Below are positions 10,340 through 20,314 of a DNA stretch of 64,000 bases, piece after piece. This DNA is from a virus (lineage: Duplodnaviria > Caudoviricetes): the IMG/VR virus record IMGVR_UViG_3300035208_008180; one strand, written 5' to 3'. Numbering within the stretch: the stretch's first letter is position 1; every line of letters begins with the position of its first letter. Under the pieces are notes generated by a model. The model saw nothing but the letters and a program-made list of their open reading frames with translations, was not told where the DNA came from and searched no databases. Made by a program: the position numbers and the translations under genes.

Positions 10340-10740
10340 TTCCCTTTAGGGGGAAATAAGTACTTAAGTAACTTACTAGACCCTAAAAGTTTTTATACTT
10401 GTGGCTAAACGTAACAGAGTCACCTTTGGCACCCCTTTTCAGGGGTAAAGCCTTATGGGTTCAGGCTGCCTTTAACGGTTCTCTCGCTTTTCACGTTTTC
10501 CCCGCCCCTATTCATAAGCTTAGGGGCAAGCGTGACCGGCAATAGGCAGACTTTTGACCTGCCTATCGTATACCACTTCTGGTATAGACGTAAATACCCA
10601 GCCATTTAACATGCATCCCAATTTCTGTAGGAATGCAAGGACGGATCAATACCGCCCCGTTGCCCGGTAGAGATTTACGTTTAGGTCCACAAATATTTTT
10701 CTGTTTAAATTGTAGTTCTTTCACGGGGTGACCGTGAATT
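10340..10740 (-). ncRNA. Candidate large structured non-coding RNA
   Basis: Within a 527-bp gap with no ORF-track gene; many hairpins, ACCCCT-GAAA-AGGGGT tetraloop on the minus strand, long-range stem 10401-10414/10675-10690, upstream promoter. Confidence 0.6.
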
Positions 10741-10746
10741 GGTTAT

Positions 10747-10775
10747 AATATAGTTTATCGCTTTTCAGGAGTCAA
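10747..10775 (-). promoter_or_regulatory. Sigma70-type promoter
   Basis: TTGACT-N17-TATATT pointing into the structured region. Confidence 0.6.
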
Positions 10776-10805
10776 CTAGATTTTTCTATTTCATGTTTTT
10801 TATGA

Positions 10806-11498
10806 ATGGTATATAATACTGCCATGAACAACTCCCGTCTAGAAGCTGTGTTAAAATACAAGATGACAAAACTCGAAGCATTGGCATTTCGGGTAGCATT
10901 GTTATGGGAGGAAGTTTCCCAAAAGGAATTTCCCAATGAACATTTTGTAAAATTGCGAATAAAAGGTGATCCTCGTAAGTCACTATTGTTTAAATATTGT
11001 TACACACTGGTCCGACAAACGCAAGGTCTTTTACAGCCCAAGGAGTATCGATTTTACATCCTGGCACAACTTCAATTAATGGCAAAAATGGGGAATGGCG
11101 AAGTTCACGCTCTGCTGGAGCCCTGTATTTTGGTTGGACCAAAAGCATGGATACGTTGGACTTGGTGGAAAAGTAAATATGAAAAAAATATGAGGCTATT
11201 AACCACCAATACAGAGGATTTGAAACTAACTCCGCAAATAGAAAATATTCAAAGGGATTTATTAAAAACCAAGAAATTTTTGGGCGATCCTTCAAAAGAG
11301 CAAGTACAACAATGGTTGGAAGAAAAAAAATTGCAAGAATGGATAACCACCAGTAAAATATCGCCTTATTACATATTGCTACACCCTTTGGTGATTGAGT
11401 GCTTATCTGGACAGTCGATCAATCAAGTGTTTGAAAGAGATTTGAGCATTTATAAAATTTCTGATGAAATAAAATCATTATTCTACACTATATTTTAG
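10806..11498 (+). CDS. Hypothetical protein
   Basis: 230-aa ORF. Confidence 0.7.
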   Translation: MVYNTAMNNSRLEAVLKYKMTKLEALAFRVALLWEEVSQKEFPNEHFVKLRIKGDPRKSLLFKYCYTLVRQTQGLLQPKEYRFYILAQLQLMAKMGNGEVHALLEPCILVGPKAWIRWTWWKSKYEKNMRLLTTNTEDLKLTPQIENIQRDLLKTKKFLGDPSKEQVQQWLEEKKLQEWITTSKISPYYILLHPLVIECLSGQSINQVFERDLSIYKISDEIKSLFYTIF

Positions 11499-11502
11499 AC
11501 AT

Positions 11503-11682
11503 ATGATAAACATAATCCTCCCAGAAACCGTGGCGGGTTTTGCCCGCCCTATATGCCCACATTGTGATAAAGAATATGATTTAGAGATTGTTGATAAAGG
11601 CCCCACTAAATGCATTGAATGTAGTAGATGGTTTAAGGTGTCGTCTAAAACCATTTACCAGTCCAGAGAAATTTTAGAATAA
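11503..11682 (+). CDS. Small Zn-ribbon protein (59 aa, below the ORF-track cutoff)
   Basis: MINIILPE...CPHC...CIEC...; fills the gap after 10806..11498. Confidence 0.65.
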   Translation: MINIILPETVAGFARPICPHCDKEYDLEIVDKGPTKCIECSRWFKVSSKTIYQSREILE

Positions 11683-12225
11683 TTTTCTTTGAGGCGGTTC
11701 GTCTGGCCATAAAGCAAACTTTTTTTGCCAAGGCTTGAATCTTAATGTTCCAATTGGCTCGGGTGCTGGTATTTCTATTGGTTTTGGTGGTATTTCTATT
11801 GGTTTTGGTGGTATTTCTATTGGTTTTGGTGGTATTTCTATTGGTTTTGGTGGCACAACGATTGGTGCTGGTTTTTCTATTGGCTTTGGTACTTCGACTG
11901 GTTCTTCCGGCTTTTCTGGCTTAAAGCCCTCTTCATCACTCAGTCTAATTCCCCCTCTTATTCTGCTTCTTTCTAATTGAGCACCAATAAGAGACAATAC
12001 TTCTTCTATACTGTCATCTTCCGCTTTTTTAAGTCTTTTTAATACTTTAGATTTAAATTCATCATAATCAAAACTATATTGATGTTTTTCATACCATCTT
12101 TCTATTGCTCTGACTGCAACTGGACCTAATTTAGAAAACTCTATATCGCCATCGATAAAATTTAAGTATAGTTCTTCTGCTCGGGACAGAGCACTTTCAG
12201 AAATTATCCATTCTTTGAAATTCAT
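11674..12225 (-). CDS. Hypothetical protein with PKPIEIP repeats and capsid-targeting-like N-terminus
   Basis: Start MNFKEWIISE; Pro-rich repeats. Confidence 0.7.
   Translation of the reverse strand: MNFKEWIISESALSRAEELYLNFIDGDIEFSKLGPVAVRAIERWYEKHQYSFDYDEFKSKVLKRLKKAEDDSIEEVLSLIGAQLERSRIRGGIRLSDEEGFKPEKPEEPVEVPKPIEKPAPIVVPPKPIEIPPKPIEIPPKPIEIPPKPIEIPAPEPIGTLRFKPWQKKFALWPDEPPQRKLF
11768..11851. repeat. 21-bp coding tandem repeat, 4 copies (GGTATTTCTATTGGTTTTGGT)
   Basis: Four perfect copies encoding (PKPIEIP)n on the minus strand. Confidence 0.9.
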
Positions 12226-12227
12226 TT

Positions 12228-13004
12228 TTAATACCAATACATCCAGTTAGAAATGCATTCAACAACTTCCTCCATCGGCTGGCTTGGGAAGAAATATAAC
12301 TCTAAATCCTGTTGTGATTGTTGCCATTCACGCCCTTTTTGCGGAGAATAAATATTAAAATTACTTAATTTAATGACGCCGTGATCTTTGTTATAATTTA
12401 GCCTTGTATGATTTTCTTCTATGCGTCTTTGTTGTCTCCACCCTTGTCCCATTCCTCGAACTGAAAAACGGATGATATATTCATCTTCATCATTTTTTCT
12501 AGTTCCTTCGAAAATAAACAATGAATTGGATGTCTTTTTTAACATATTACTCATAGAGGCTGCTAATTCTTCTAAATCTTTATAGTCATGATTGGCTGAA
12601 TCAAGTGGTTCCATATCAACTTGTTTGATAACTTCCATAATTTCTTGAGATACTGATTCTTCTTGACCGCCTGAGCCATCTTGAGGAATTTGATAAAACC
12701 TTTTACAACCCCATCGTTTCATGCCTTGTAAGTCTATATTGAGCCTTTCGACCATAACACAAAGCTTGTTTCCAATTCTTACCCTTATGGCTCCTGGGTC
12801 TTGTCCCCATTGAATTTCATTGATAAATCTGATATTGGGTTCTTTGACTCCCAAAGGATATTGTCCAAGACTGGTCATCAATCGAGTAAGACTAAATTCT
12901 TTGACTGGTTTTTCAAGTTTTTCTGGCTTAGGATCAGCATAGAGTTCTCTTTCAAACCCAAAAATATCTTTTGATTCAATCCAGCATTTAAAGGTATTTT
13001 TCAT
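12228..13004 (-). CDS. Hypothetical protein (MKNTFKCWIE start)
   Basis: 258-aa ORF. Confidence 0.75.
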   Translation of the reverse strand: MKNTFKCWIESKDIFGFERELYADPKPEKLEKPVKEFSLTRLMTSLGQYPLGVKEPNIRFINEIQWGQDPGAIRVRIGNKLCVMVERLNIDLQGMKRWGCKRFYQIPQDGSGGQEESVSQEIMEVIKQVDMEPLDSANHDYKDLEELAASMSNMLKKTSNSLFIFEGTRKNDEDEYIIRFSVRGMGQGWRQQRRIEENHTRLNYNKDHGVIKLSNFNIYSPQKGREWQQSQQDLELYFFPSQPMEEVVECISNWMYWY

Positions 13005-13240
13005 TCGGCGGCTCTCACAACTTTCTCTTTTACCATATTGTCAAAATCATCAACATAAACTTGATAAATTCTATCTGTGCGTTTGTTTTTCAAATTGTAA
13101 GAATCTCTATCTTCTGAAGGCATTACAAGATATGTTCCTTTGGGCAAGGAAATAGCTCCCCTGGCACCCGCAGGTATATTTTGAAGCACAAACACCCAAT
13201 TACCCGGTTCTGGGTAAGTAAGCCATTCACGAAATGTCAT
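13001..13240 (-). CDS. Hypothetical protein (MTFREWL start)
   Basis: 79-aa ORF preceded by CTATATA. Confidence 0.65.
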   Translation of the reverse strand: MTFREWLTYPEPGNWVFVLQNIPAGARGAISLPKGTYLVMPSEDRDSYNLKNKRTDRIYQVYVDDFDNMVKEKVVRAAE

Positions 13241-13252
13241 AAGAATATATAG

Positions 13253-13579
13253 CTATGCAGGACCACTTTCTTCTTCCCGATAACTATCAGAATCTTCGTG
13301 ATGTGTGGATATTTCTAATATTTTAGAATCTTCCAAGCCTGTAAAACGATGTTTTTGGTGCGGCTCGATTGTCTGTATGTCCATAGGCCCCATCGTTCTT
13401 ATCTGTCCATCTACCTCCATTAGGACTTTGCCATCCATAATTATAAAAGTTTCATCCTTGATATGATGACAATGTAGAGAACATTTAAACCCCTTTTTAA
13501 GATTGAGAAATTTACCACAATATTCTCTGTTTACCAACCACACTTCGTTTCCCCATACTTTTTCTACTAATTTAATCAT
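13253..13579 (-). CDS. Cupin-domain protein (sugar isomerase-like)
   Basis: KVWGNE, SLHCHHIKDETF, HRF, LEIST motifs. Confidence 0.8.
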   Translation of the reverse strand: MIKLVEKVWGNEVWLVNREYCGKFLNLKKGFKCSLHCHHIKDETFIIMDGKVLMEVDGQIRTMGPMDIQTIEPHQKHRFTGLEDSKILEISTHHEDSDSYREEESGPA

Positions 13580-13602
13580 AATTTACCTCTATATAATAAA
13601 GT

Positions 13603-13908
13603 ATGAAATTCTCTATTTGGTTAGAATCGCAGTTTAACGACGATATAGAAAAAGCTTTACTTAATTTAAAGTATACTGCACCTGATCTAGATATGAGCAG
13701 ATTTGATGATTTAATTTCTGATCTAAATGACAGGGGTTTAATTCCTGCTGGTGTCAATCCTGCACGCTTTGCAGCGGCTTTGAAATCACGCATAAAAAAC
13801 CCACCTCTGGACAAAATAGATAAAACTGGGGAACGTATCCCGCCAGAACATCGAGATGCTGTAGAGCTATCACTAAGAAAATATTGGGGAGCATATAAAA
13901 AAAGATGA
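13603..13908 (+). CDS. Hypothetical protein (MKFSIWLE start)
   Basis: 101-aa ORF preceded by CTATATAAT. Confidence 0.7.
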   Translation: MKFSIWLESQFNDDIEKALLNLKYTAPDLDMSRFDDLISDLNDRGLIPAGVNPARFAAALKSRIKNPPLDKIDKTGERIPPEHRDAVELSLRKYWGAYKKR

Positions 13909-14186
13909 AATTTTCCATTTGGCTTGAAACACGTAGTATAGAAAATCTCAAAAAAACCATATTGGTTTCTTTATTTCCCACCCTCGATAGCCATCAGCAG
14001 GAAGATAATTTGGTACTAACTATGGATACTTTAGACCAAGACCTGATTGATAGCATGTTGGATAATGGAAATGTCAAAGAGTATCTTGGCGAACGTAATC
14101 CACACCAATTCTTACAATCTAAAAAAGGGATCACTGTTCAGCAATTTGTTGATTGGTTGGCAAGTGGTCAAGCTGCTACTGTTTAA
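13905..14186 (+). CDS. Hypothetical protein (MKFSIWLE start)
   Basis: 93-aa ORF; first 8 aa identical to the upstream gene. Confidence 0.7.
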   Translation: MKFSIWLETRSIENLKKTILVSLFPTLDSHQQEDNLVLTMDTLDQDLIDSMLDNGNVKEYLGERNPHQFLQSKKGITVQQFVDWLASGQAATV

Positions 14187-14369
14187 TTTTATCAATAAGC
14201 CGCATGATTTGTGCCGCAATCCAAATAGGGATTATAATAATAAACGCAAATATAAGCCCAACAAGACCGCAGGCCAAGTATAACCAAGTGTGCCAGTCAA
14301 ACCAATTCATTTTAGGGTCTGCCATGTAAATATATATTGCATTGCTTGTCATAATAAGCTACAATAAAA

Positions 14370-15824
14370 TTGATGAATCAATTAGTTTTAGAAAATCATT
14401 ATTCCCGTTTAATAACACAAGACGACCACCTAAATCTACTTCTTTGGTCAAAACTAAGATTTAGGGATCGTGACTATTTTCATAGTCGTTTGTATAAACA
14501 AAAGAAGTGGGATGGTTTTCATAATTTTTATTCTAAAGAGACCGGCAAATTCCTGACAGGCATTCTGCCAGAGATACTGTTGGTTATGAATAAATTGAAA
14601 GTCAAATATGAAATCATTGATAATCGTAAGATGATTCAATGGCGAGTGCCCACAATCAATGACCAGTTTCTTAACTATTGGCTCACCGAATACAACGCCA
14701 GTGTCACCACAGAGGAACAACAAAAAGATTATACTTTGCGGGACTTTCAACCAGATGTAGTAAATGGAGTGTTGAAGCATTTTAGGGGATTAGTGGTTGC
14801 TCCTACTGGCACCGGCAAAACAGCCATCTTGATCTCATTAGTTAAATGTCTACCCAAACATTGTCCAACTTTAATTTTGTCAAATCGACGGGGCTTATCT
14901 GACCAACACTATTCGGACTTAAAGAACTGGGGTGTGCCTGATATTGGTAGACTATATGACAAATATAAAGACCCTAATTTTATTACCTGTGCTACTTGGC
15001 AATCAGCGGGCAAATTAGGCAAGTTGTTACCCCAAATTAAAGTTTTGCTTGTTGATGAAATTCACGAAATGATGACGGCAGGCACCCGTAAAATCTACAA
15101 TAAATTAACAGGATGTAGTGTCCGGGTTGGTATATCTGGAACGCCTTTTAAATACGATGGTAAAGACTCCAAACAGAAATGGCTTACCAAAGGATACTTT
15201 GGGCCTCCCATTCAAATAGCTTCTGCCAAAGACGGAAAACTTACGGTCAAAGAAGCTCAACAAAAGGGTATGCTTGTATCATGCAAAGCGGTTTTTTGGC
15301 CCATTCGAGAGCCGATGTTGCCTTATGATATTTACCTCGATGCCGTCACCAGAGGCATTGCTGAAAATTATGATTTTCATCATATTATTGAGAGATTGGT
15401 AAAAACTCTCAAAGGCAGGACGTTGATCCTGGTAGAAAGATTGGCTCATGGAGATATATTAAACAACATAATTCCAGGCTCTTTGTGGGTGCAAGGCAAA
15501 GACAATCTAGAAACTCGTAAACACGTAATTCGTGAATTGATGTTTGCAAAGGAATGTGTGGCGATTGCCACAAGTGGTATATTTTCAGCCGGTATCAATG
15601 TTTTTTGTCACAATTTTTTGAATGCCCAAGGAGGACAAGCAGATCATCAAATTATTCAGAGAATAGGAAGAGGATTGCGTCCTGCTGACGATAAGGATGT
15701 ATTATATTACCATGACTTCTATTTTCACATAAATGAATATCTTGAAGATCATTCTAAAAAAAGAATTAAAATTCTAAAAAAACAAGGGCACGAAGTAATT
15801 ATAAAAGATTCTATAGATTTTTGA
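14370..15824 (+). CDS. SF2 DNA helicase, UvsW-like
   Basis: LRDFQ Q-motif, APTGTGKT, DEIH, SGT, QRIGRGLR. Confidence 0.88.
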   Translation: MMNQLVLENHYSRLITQDDHLNLLLWSKLRFRDRDYFHSRLYKQKKWDGFHNFYSKETGKFLTGILPEILLVMNKLKVKYEIIDNRKMIQWRVPTINDQFLNYWLTEYNASVTTEEQQKDYTLRDFQPDVVNGVLKHFRGLVVAPTGTGKTAILISLVKCLPKHCPTLILSNRRGLSDQHYSDLKNWGVPDIGRLYDKYKDPNFITCATWQSAGKLGKLLPQIKVLLVDEIHEMMTAGTRKIYNKLTGCSVRVGISGTPFKYDGKDSKQKWLTKGYFGPPIQIASAKDGKLTVKEAQQKGMLVSCKAVFWPIREPMLPYDIYLDAVTRGIAENYDFHHIIERLVKTLKGRTLILVERLAHGDILNNIIPGSLWVQGKDNLETRKHVIRELMFAKECVAIATSGIFSAGINVFCHNFLNAQGGQADHQIIQRIGRGLRPADDKDVLYYHDFYFHINEYLEDHSKKRIKILKKQGHEVIIKDSIDF

Positions 15825-15846
15825 TAACACAAGCATAAATATATGT

Positions 15847-16545
15847 ATGAACTCAACAGAAATACATAATCAAAAAATTACAAAGATTTGTCCCCAGTGT
15901 GGAAAGACATACAAGGTCCGCAGACCAAGTGAAATGTCTATCCGAATTTTTTGCTCAAAGCAATGTGCCCATGATTCTACTAAAAAAGAAAAAACAATTG
16001 TTAGATGTGAAATTTGCGACAAAGAAATTGAGGTTTTGCCATGTTTGTTAGAACAAACAAAATATTGTTCAAAAAAATGTAAATGGATTGGAACCAGAAA
16101 AATAAGAGACGGTCTTAGTCGTCAATGCAATCAATGTAAAGAAACGAAACCTTTAGATTGTTTCGGCAGCACAGAATATAGCAGAAAGCATGAATATATT
16201 TGTAAAATTTGCAGAGCAAAATTGAGCCACGCCAGAATGCGAACAACAAAAGGACAATTTGCTGCCTGTAAACATATTGCTAAACGAAGAAAATTAGAAT
16301 GGAACATAAGCGAAGAAGAATACACAGAATTACGCAAGATGAAGTGCCACTATTGTTATGAGTCGTTAAATGAAACAGGAACTGGTCTCGACCGCAAGGA
16401 CAACAGCAAAGGCTATATATTAGACAATGTGGTGCCTTGCTGTTGTCATTGCAACAGAACCAGAAGCGACCATTTTACATATGAAGAAATGCTTCGATTA
16501 GCAGTGTTGATAAGAGAAATAAAAAGAGATAGGTTAAATGCGTAA
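15847..16545 (+). CDS. HNH-type endonuclease with Zn-binding repeats
   Basis: CxxC repeats; CHYC...GLDRKDNSKGY..DNVVPCC..CN. Confidence 0.75.
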   Translation: MNSTEIHNQKITKICPQCGKTYKVRRPSEMSIRIFCSKQCAHDSTKKEKTIVRCEICDKEIEVLPCLLEQTKYCSKKCKWIGTRKIRDGLSRQCNQCKETKPLDCFGSTEYSRKHEYICKICRAKLSHARMRTTKGQFAACKHIAKRRKLEWNISEEEYTELRKMKCHYCYESLNETGTGLDRKDNSKGYILDNVVPCCCHCNRTRSDHFTYEEMLRLAVLIREIKRDRLNA

Positions 16546-16574
16546 ACTTCACAGGCCAACCGGGGATGGCTCGA

Positions 16575-16811
16575 TCACTCAGAATCAAGTGAAATTTGAC
16601 CCAAGCCATATGTGGGAGGGTCTTTTAACGAAATCATCTCCACTCTTGTTTCTGAATTAGGTCGAGTAGGCAATACCATCACCTCATAACCATCATCTTG
16701 CAATTTTTTAAACAAATCGCCATGATCTTTTTTTGTTTTATCAACAAAAGCTTCAGCTTGAGTGGGTGCCAAGGTTCCGATATCCAGATAAATAACAAAT
16801 AAACCGTTCAT
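16575..16811 (-). CDS. Hypothetical protein
   Basis: 78-aa ORF with AGGAG Shine-Dalgarno site. Confidence 0.65.
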   Translation of the reverse strand: MNGLFVIYLDIGTLAPTQAEAFVDKTKKDHGDLFKKLQDDGYEVMVLPTRPNSETRVEMISLKDPPTYGLGQISLDSE

Positions 16812-16835
16812 ATAATCTCCTTTTTAATAAAGGAG

Positions 16836-17930
16836 TTATATTTCTGGATATTCCATAATCTTTCCTTCGAAATTTCTTAAAATAACCTTCTCTGGGGTTT
16901 GAGAGATCAAATAAGTTGGCAATATTGGAATTTTACCACCAGGAGTGTCTATCACATATTGAGGGATGGCCAAACCAGATAATCTGCCTCTTAGATGCTC
17001 CATAATCTCAATGCCCTTGGCGACCTTTGTTCGAAAGTGATTGGCACCATTCACTATATCACATTGAAATAAGTAATAAGGTCTTACCCGCATTCTGACA
17101 AGTTTGCGGCACAATTCTTCCTGAATAAACTTATCGTCATTCACGCCTTTCAATAAAACGGATTGATTATTGACAGGGATACCATTGTCGATGAGTTTTG
17201 CACAAGCTGCTTGGGACTGGGCCGTGATTTCCCGAGGATGATTGAAATGAGTGTTCACAAAAACTGGTTGGAAATCCTTGAGCGTTTCCACCAATTCGTC
17301 ATCAATTCTCATTGGTAAAACTACTGGAACTTTGGTGCCGATCCTGATGATTTGAACCGATTCAACAGCCCTGACTTGACTGAGAATAAATCGTATGTCA
17401 TATCTGTCTAATAGCAATGGATCGCCACCAGAAAGAATCACATCAGTTATCTCAGGGTGATTTTTAAGATACTCTTTAATATCAGCCACTTCACCATCGG
17501 TTAGATTGCAATAGAAAGGACTACCAACTGTTCTTTTTCTGGTGCAATAACGACAGTAAACACTGCATTGGGCTGTGCAAATAATGAGTGCCCTATCTCT
17601 ATAACGATGCACAAGATGAGGCACCGGCATTTGTTGGTCTTCTTGGAGAGGATCATCTACGCAGCAATCTCCCGATAACTCAGCTATATCAGGAACACAC
17701 ATCCTATAGATAGGATCAGATGAGTTGTATTGCTCGATGAGAGAGAGATAATAAGGCGTAATAGAGAAAGGAAATGTTTGACTGGCCTCTTGAGAAATTG
17801 GCAATCCTTTTTTTGCAGCATCTCCTACTGATTGTATCCTGTTCCTAAGCTGCCACTTCCAATCATTCCATTTACCAGGAGGCTCTTCGGCAACTTCCAT
17901 GTTACCGAATAAATTCGATTCATTATCCAT
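16836..17930 (-). CDS. kamA: Lysine 2,3-aminomutase (KamA/EpmB family radical SAM)
   Basis: WNDWKWQLRNRI, DPLQED, HRYRDR, CSVYCRYC, LSGGDPL, THFNHP, NQSVLLKGVND, PYYLFQCD, GGKIP (PLP lysine). Confidence 0.88.
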   Translation of the reverse strand: MDNESNLFGNMEVAEEPPGKWNDWKWQLRNRIQSVGDAAKKGLPISQEASQTFPFSITPYYLSLIEQYNSSDPIYRMCVPDIAELSGDCCVDDPLQEDQQMPVPHLVHRYRDRALIICTAQCSVYCRYCTRKRTVGSPFYCNLTDGEVADIKEYLKNHPEITDVILSGGDPLLLDRYDIRFILSQVRAVESVQIIRIGTKVPVVLPMRIDDELVETLKDFQPVFVNTHFNHPREITAQSQAACAKLIDNGIPVNNQSVLLKGVNDDKFIQEELCRKLVRMRVRPYYLFQCDIVNGANHFRTKVAKGIEIMEHLRGRLSGLAIPQYVIDTPGGKIPILPTYLISQTPEKVILRNFEGKIMEYPEI

Positions 17931-18049
17931 TTTTGTCTTGTGTGTTTCCTTGTAAAAACAATATTTATAAATAATAAAGTAGTTTGTGTCAAGTGAAAAA
18001 TTTTTGGTTGAGAAAAATAGATAAGTTGTCCAACCAATAAAGGAAAATC

Positions 18050-18235
18050 ATGGTCAGCAAAAGAAAAATGAAACCAGCACCAAAGCCGATGCCAGTGCCA
18101 ACGCCAGCACCAAAACCAGCACCAAAGCCTGCACCAGTGCCAGCACCAAAGCCTGCACCAAAGCCTGCACCAGTGCCAGCACCAGTGCCAGCAAAACCTG
18201 CACCAGCACCAGTGACAACGCCAACTAAGGAATAG
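18050..18235 (+). CDS. Small basic Pro/Ala-rich repeat protein
   Basis: AAGGAAA Shine-Dalgarno site; (PAPK/PVPA)n repeats. Confidence 0.6.
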   Translation: MVSKRKMKPAPKPMPVPTPAPKPAPKPAPVPAPKPAPKPAPVPAPVPAKPAPAPVTTPTKE

Positions 18236-18241
18236 CCAGAC

Positions 18242-18658
18242 TCAACTTGTTTGAAATTCTGGATAAGGACTTATAATATTTACCGCTTTTGGAGAAATGG
18301 TTTCTTCTAAATAAACGAAGCCATTCTCCAAAGCGGTTTTTAAAGAGATCATCCCGAAATTATCCAAAAGCATCTGTACGGCGGCAAAATTTGGCATATG
18401 TTCTGGATTAGAACTCTCGACAGAAATCGACATGTGTTTGCACCAACCAAATGGCTGCTGCTCAATAGTGAAAACAACTCGAAAGCCCATTGGAATTTCA
18501 ATGTCGAAACCAACATTTCCGGGGGCATCCATTGTGCCTTCCAGTATTTTCACTAATGCCTCTAAAGGCATGGGATGTGCTTCCGCAAACTCTATCAGAG
18601 TTTTGATTTTGGCTTCTATACTTTCGTCAATGATGAGTGCCGTCATGATGCTCTCCAA
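18242..18658 (-). CDS. Hypothetical protein
   Basis: 138-aa ORF with HMSISV motif. Confidence 0.7.
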   Translation of the reverse strand: MESIMTALIIDESIEAKIKTLIEFAEAHPMPLEALVKILEGTMDAPGNVGFDIEIPMGFRVVFTIEQQPFGWCKHMSISVESSNPEHMPNFAAVQMLLDNFGMISLKTALENGFVYLEETISPKAVNIISPYPEFQTS

Positions 18659-18855
18659 ACTTTGAGTGTAAATTGCTTTATTTCATCGCCATAACTGACA
18701 ATTATTTCAATCTTATCAATATCAAGTTTAAATGATTCAACAACAATCTGGTCGCCTTGTTCCAACTCACCAAATTCGGTAAGTGGACCTGATTGCAAAA
18801 GTATTATTTCAGCAATCTGTGCCATTTGTGGACTAATAGACAATAGATCAATCAT
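18643..18855 (-). CDS. Hypothetical protein
   Basis: Start reassigned to the ATG overlapping the upstream stop. Confidence 0.55.
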   Translation of the reverse strand: MIDLLSISPQMAQIAEIILLQSGPLTEFGELEQGDQIVVESFKLDIDKIEIIVSYGDEIKQFTLKVWRAS

Positions 18856-20057
18856 AGCTTTTTCTCTGGATTGTCCCAAACTAATCGTTCTTTGGGAGCA
18901 TTGATAGATTCGCACAAAAAGGGCGTGGGGTCGGCAATATAATCATGCTTCGGTTGTCCTAGCTTCCAAGACTTAGAGGCAGATTTTGTGCCGTGTTTGT
19001 AAAGCTCAATATGCAGCATTGCTCTACTATGACCTGGGATGTCAGGTCGTTCTTTGCCTTCTTTTAGCACCGGAATCACTTCGCCAAGGGGTTGTCCTCT
19101 TACAATGATGTCCCCAACCGAAAACGTATATGGCTTAATTTCACCATAACAAACCACTCCTGATCGGCCTTCAACCAAAAGGCAATCAGTGTTATTCCAC
19201 CAGGGAGATTCATCCTGCTCGCCAGTAAAATGCTCAGTGGCTACCACTCTGCCAGATTCTACCGCATGGGCAATAGTGCAATTTTCTCTTGACCGAATAT
19301 GATGATGAACCTCTGATACATAAAATCGGGGTGTATACAAATCGACTCCAGTATGATTGGATTGGCGGCGAGGGAATGCAAAAGCCCCAGGATGGTAATT
19401 GATGGGAATACCAGGACAATGTTCAATGGGGAATTGCCACTTCATAAGCCATTTTAGTTTTTCCACAATGAGTGAAATATCAGCCATTGCCCCTTTGCCC
19501 TCATCCCCACATGCCAACATCTTTTTCTGAGGAGGAATAACTTGGAATTGATCCCCAAATAATTTGACAAGTTTGAATAAATGATCTTCGGTAAATGGAC
19601 TCTCCCACATACGAGTATTCATAGCGGGAGCAACAATCACTGGTTTCGCCCAATCCCAAGCTCGAAAAACGCTGGTCAAAAGATTGTCGCAAAGACCATT
19701 CGCCATTTTGGCCAAAGTATTAGCCGACAAGGGGGCGATTACAAAAACATCAGCCCAGTCACGTAGATTGATGTGAACAACTGGGTCATCTTTCTTCCAT
19801 ACATCGGATATTGCCGCAGCCTGCGACGGTGGCGGCTGTGGAGCAGGTCGGCTCCATTGCCATTCATCGATGTCTCTCCACAATCTGCAATTTAACAGAT
19901 CGAACCCAGTAATATCTTCTTTGTCGATAAAATGCATTGCCGATTCAGTGGAAACAATTTCGACATTGCCAATTTCCGAAAGTTGTTGGCACATTTTCTT
20001 TACCAAAACTGTAGCAACCGAACCAGTGATCCCTAAGAGAATGTTTGGTTTATTCAT
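18852..20057 (-). CDS. coaC: Phosphopantothenoylcysteine decarboxylase (HFCD flavoprotein) fused to a C-terminal M23 peptidase-like domain
   Basis: GITGSVA, HINLRDWAD, APLSANTLAK, PAMNT, LACGDEGKG; then HTGVDL...VGDIIVRGQPLG...LHIEL. Confidence 0.8.
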   Translation of the reverse strand: MNKPNILLGITGSVATVLVKKMCQQLSEIGNVEIVSTESAMHFIDKEDITGFDLLNCRLWRDIDEWQWSRPAPQPPPSQAAAISDVWKKDDPVVHINLRDWADVFVIAPLSANTLAKMANGLCDNLLTSVFRAWDWAKPVIVAPAMNTRMWESPFTEDHLFKLVKLFGDQFQVIPPQKKMLACGDEGKGAMADISLIVEKLKWLMKWQFPIEHCPGIPINYHPGAFAFPRRQSNHTGVDLYTPRFYVSEVHHHIRSRENCTIAHAVESGRVVATEHFTGEQDESPWWNNTDCLLVEGRSGVVCYGEIKPYTFSVGDIIVRGQPLGEVIPVLKEGKERPDIPGHSRAMLHIELYKHGTKSASKSWKLGQPKHDYIADPTPFLCESINAPKERLVWDNPEKKL

Positions 20058-20314
20058 TATTCATCTCCTCTGCCTGGAAGGCCATATCCACCACCTAAAT
20101 CAAAAGGAATTTCTGGATAATCTTCTATGGGAGTTGGCATTGGTAGCTTACTCCATTTTTTTAGTTCCGCAGTTAGAAGCTTGATGGTTTCAACATCGTC
20201 ATCACAGATTTTTTTGTATTCTTTGCACAACCGTGACCAAAAAATAGTTTGCAGAAAATTGCCGATCACGGCAGCAACGAACAATATTGCAAACAAAATA
20301 GCAAGAAATGTCAT
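20057..20314 (-). CDS. Small membrane-anchored protein
   Basis: Hydrophobic N-terminus. Confidence 0.6.
   Translation of the reverse strand: MTFLAILFAILFVAAVIGNFLQTIFWSRLCKEYKKICDDDVETIKLLTAELKKWSKLPMPTPIEDYPEIPFDLGGGYGLPGRGDE

Noticed and set aside
10340-10740. tmRNA, RNase P RNA or SRP RNA identity for the structured region
   Set aside because: No tRNA-like ends, GAGGAAAGTCC-type RNase P signature or SRP helix-8 motif found by eye; left as an unknown RNA.
11768-18235. Tandem repeats at 11768-11851 and ~18070-18215 as iterons or an array
   Set aside because: Both are in-frame coding repeats of Pro-rich proteins.
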